A DNA stretch of 64,000 nt from Candidatus Sulfotelmatobacter sp. (GTDB lineage: Bacteria > Eisenbacteria > RBG-16-71-46), in the NCBI GenBank assembly GCA_035498555.1, contig DATKAB010000093.1, positions 27,675-91,674 of the forward strand. Direction: 5' to 3'. Both the position numbers and the translations under genes were made by a program. The notes below the pieces were generated by a model that had not been told where the DNA came from, made no database searches, and was given only the letters and a program-made list of their open reading frames with translations. Position 1 is the first letter of the stretch. Each line of letters starts with the position of its first letter. This document shows positions 63,136-64,000 of the stretch, piece after piece.

Positions 63136-64000
63136 TCACTCCCACTCGATGGTCGCCGGGGGTTTGCTGGTGCAATCGAACACCACGCGGTTGACGCCGC
63201 GCACCTCGTTGGCGATCCGACTCGCCGCGCGCGCCAACAGACTCGCCGGCAGCCGCGTCCAGTCGGCGGTCATCCCGTCCACGCTGTCCACGGCGCGGAG
63301 CGCGATCACCTTCTCGTAAGAGCGCTCGTCGCCCTTCACGCCGACCGTCGAGACCGGCAGAAGCACCGCGAAGGCCTGCCAGGTGCGCTGGTACCAGTTG
63401 GCGCGGCGCAGCTCCTCGATGAAGATCGCGTCGGCGCGCCGCACGATCGCGAGGTCGGGCTCGTTCACGGCGCCGAGGATCCGCACCGCCAGCCCGGGCC
63501 CCGGGAACGGATGACGGTCCACCAGATGATCGGGGAGCCGCAGTTCGCGCCCCAGCGCTCGCACCTCGTCCTTAAACAACCAGCGCAGCGGTTCGATCAA
63601 GGACAGCCTCATGTGCTCGGGCAATCCTCCGACGTTGTGATGCGTCTTGATGACCTGCGAGCCGTGTCCGGCCGAAGCGCTCTCGATCACATCGGGGTAG
63701 AGGGTTCCCTGCGCCAGGAACTCGACCGGGCCGATCTTCCTCGCTTCCTCCTCGAACACCGCGATGAATTCGGCGCCGATGATCTTCCTCTTCTGCTCGG
63801 GATCGGTGACGCCTTCGAGCTTCGAGAGAAAGCGCTGGCGCCCGTCGATCACCCGGAGGTTCAGCCCGCGCTTCTCCCCCAGCTCGCGCCGCACTTCCTC
63901 CGCCTCGTTCTCGCGCATCAGACCGTGATCCACCAGCACGCAGGTGAGACGTTTGCCGACCGCGCGGTGGCAGAGCGTCGCCACCACGCTCGAGTCCACG
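63136..64000 (-). CDS. guaA: GMP synthase (glutamine-hydrolysing), C-terminal ATP-PPase/dimerisation part; 5'-truncated at the window edge
   Basis: SGGVDSSV-type PP-loop remnant (MDSSVVATL) and a C-terminal ...KPPATIEWE end. Confidence 0.9.
   Translation of the reverse strand, partial: VDSSVVATLCHRAVGKRLTCVLVDHGLMRENEAEEVRRELGEKRGLNLRVIDGRQRFLSKLEGVTDPEQKRKIIGAEFIAVFEEEARKIGPVEFLAQGTLYPDVIESASAGHGSQVIKTHHNVGGLPEHMRLSLIEPLRWLFKDEVRALGRELRLPDHLVDRHPFPGPGLAVRILGAVNEPDLAIVRRADAIFIEELRRANWYQRTWQAFAVLLPVSTVGVKGDERSYEKVIALRAVDSVDGMTADWTRLPASLLARAASRIANEVRGVNRVVFDCTSKPPATIEWE

Overview
This is a 64 kb segment of a very high-GC (about 70%) bacterial chromosome from a Gram-negative-type organism (it carries lptE, lpxR-like, OM beta-barrel and secA genes). 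The content is almost entirely conserved housekeeping genes arranged in long co-directional operons. Many gene junctions share ATGA or GTGA start/stop overlaps, which suggests pervasive translational coupling.

Plus strand, 1-31.5 kb:
- ispA (partial), a DUF212 membrane protein, dxs, nadK and recN.
- A trp operon (trpE, trpG, trpD, an RDD-family membrane protein, trpC, trpF, trpB) fused directly to recN and with no trpA.
- A 20-bp perfect inverted-repeat element between trpB and a convergent aldehyde dehydrogenase.
- tRNA-Arg(CCG).
- A UbiE-like methyltransferase with a C-terminal membrane anchor.
- A GAF-GGDEF gene preceded by a consensus sigma-54 promoter.
- A WbpB/WbpD/WbpE-like UDP-sugar amination/acetylation trio.
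- A GAF/PAS histidine kinase and an NtrC-type sigma-54 activator.
- lptE and holA.
- A four-gene coupled glycan module (PEP-CTERM-type polysaccharide deacetylase, SAM methyltransferase, FAD oxidoreductase, WecA/MraY-family transferase).
- leuS and an LpxR-like outer-membrane protein.

Minus strand, 31.6-64 kb:
- A GH57 glycoside hydrolase and a TPR membrane protein.
- An operon of uvrC, xerD, an OM beta-barrel protein, a beta-CASP metallo-beta-lactamase nuclease, an SNF2 helicase with an N-terminal Tudor-like domain, and an uncharacterised 390-aa coiled-coil zinc-ribbon protein.
- dapF-dapA-dapB, followed by a large zincin/TolB-propeller/beta-barrel protein.
- xerC, topA, smg and secA.
- A csp gene, a TPR protein, a short CdsA-family protein, a Cys-rich secreted protein, an Slt lytic transglycosylase and guaA (partial).
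- rpsT sits on the plus strand between these blocks.

No CRISPR array, rRNA or transposase was recognised. The strongest candidate for an undescribed system is the beta-CASP nuclease / Tudor-SNF2 helicase / zinc-ribbon protein module. This may be a transcription-associated RNA-end processing plus RNAP-remodelling unit, or a DNA repair/defence unit. Many long ORFs in the supplied track are antisense or wrong-frame GC artefacts and were not called.
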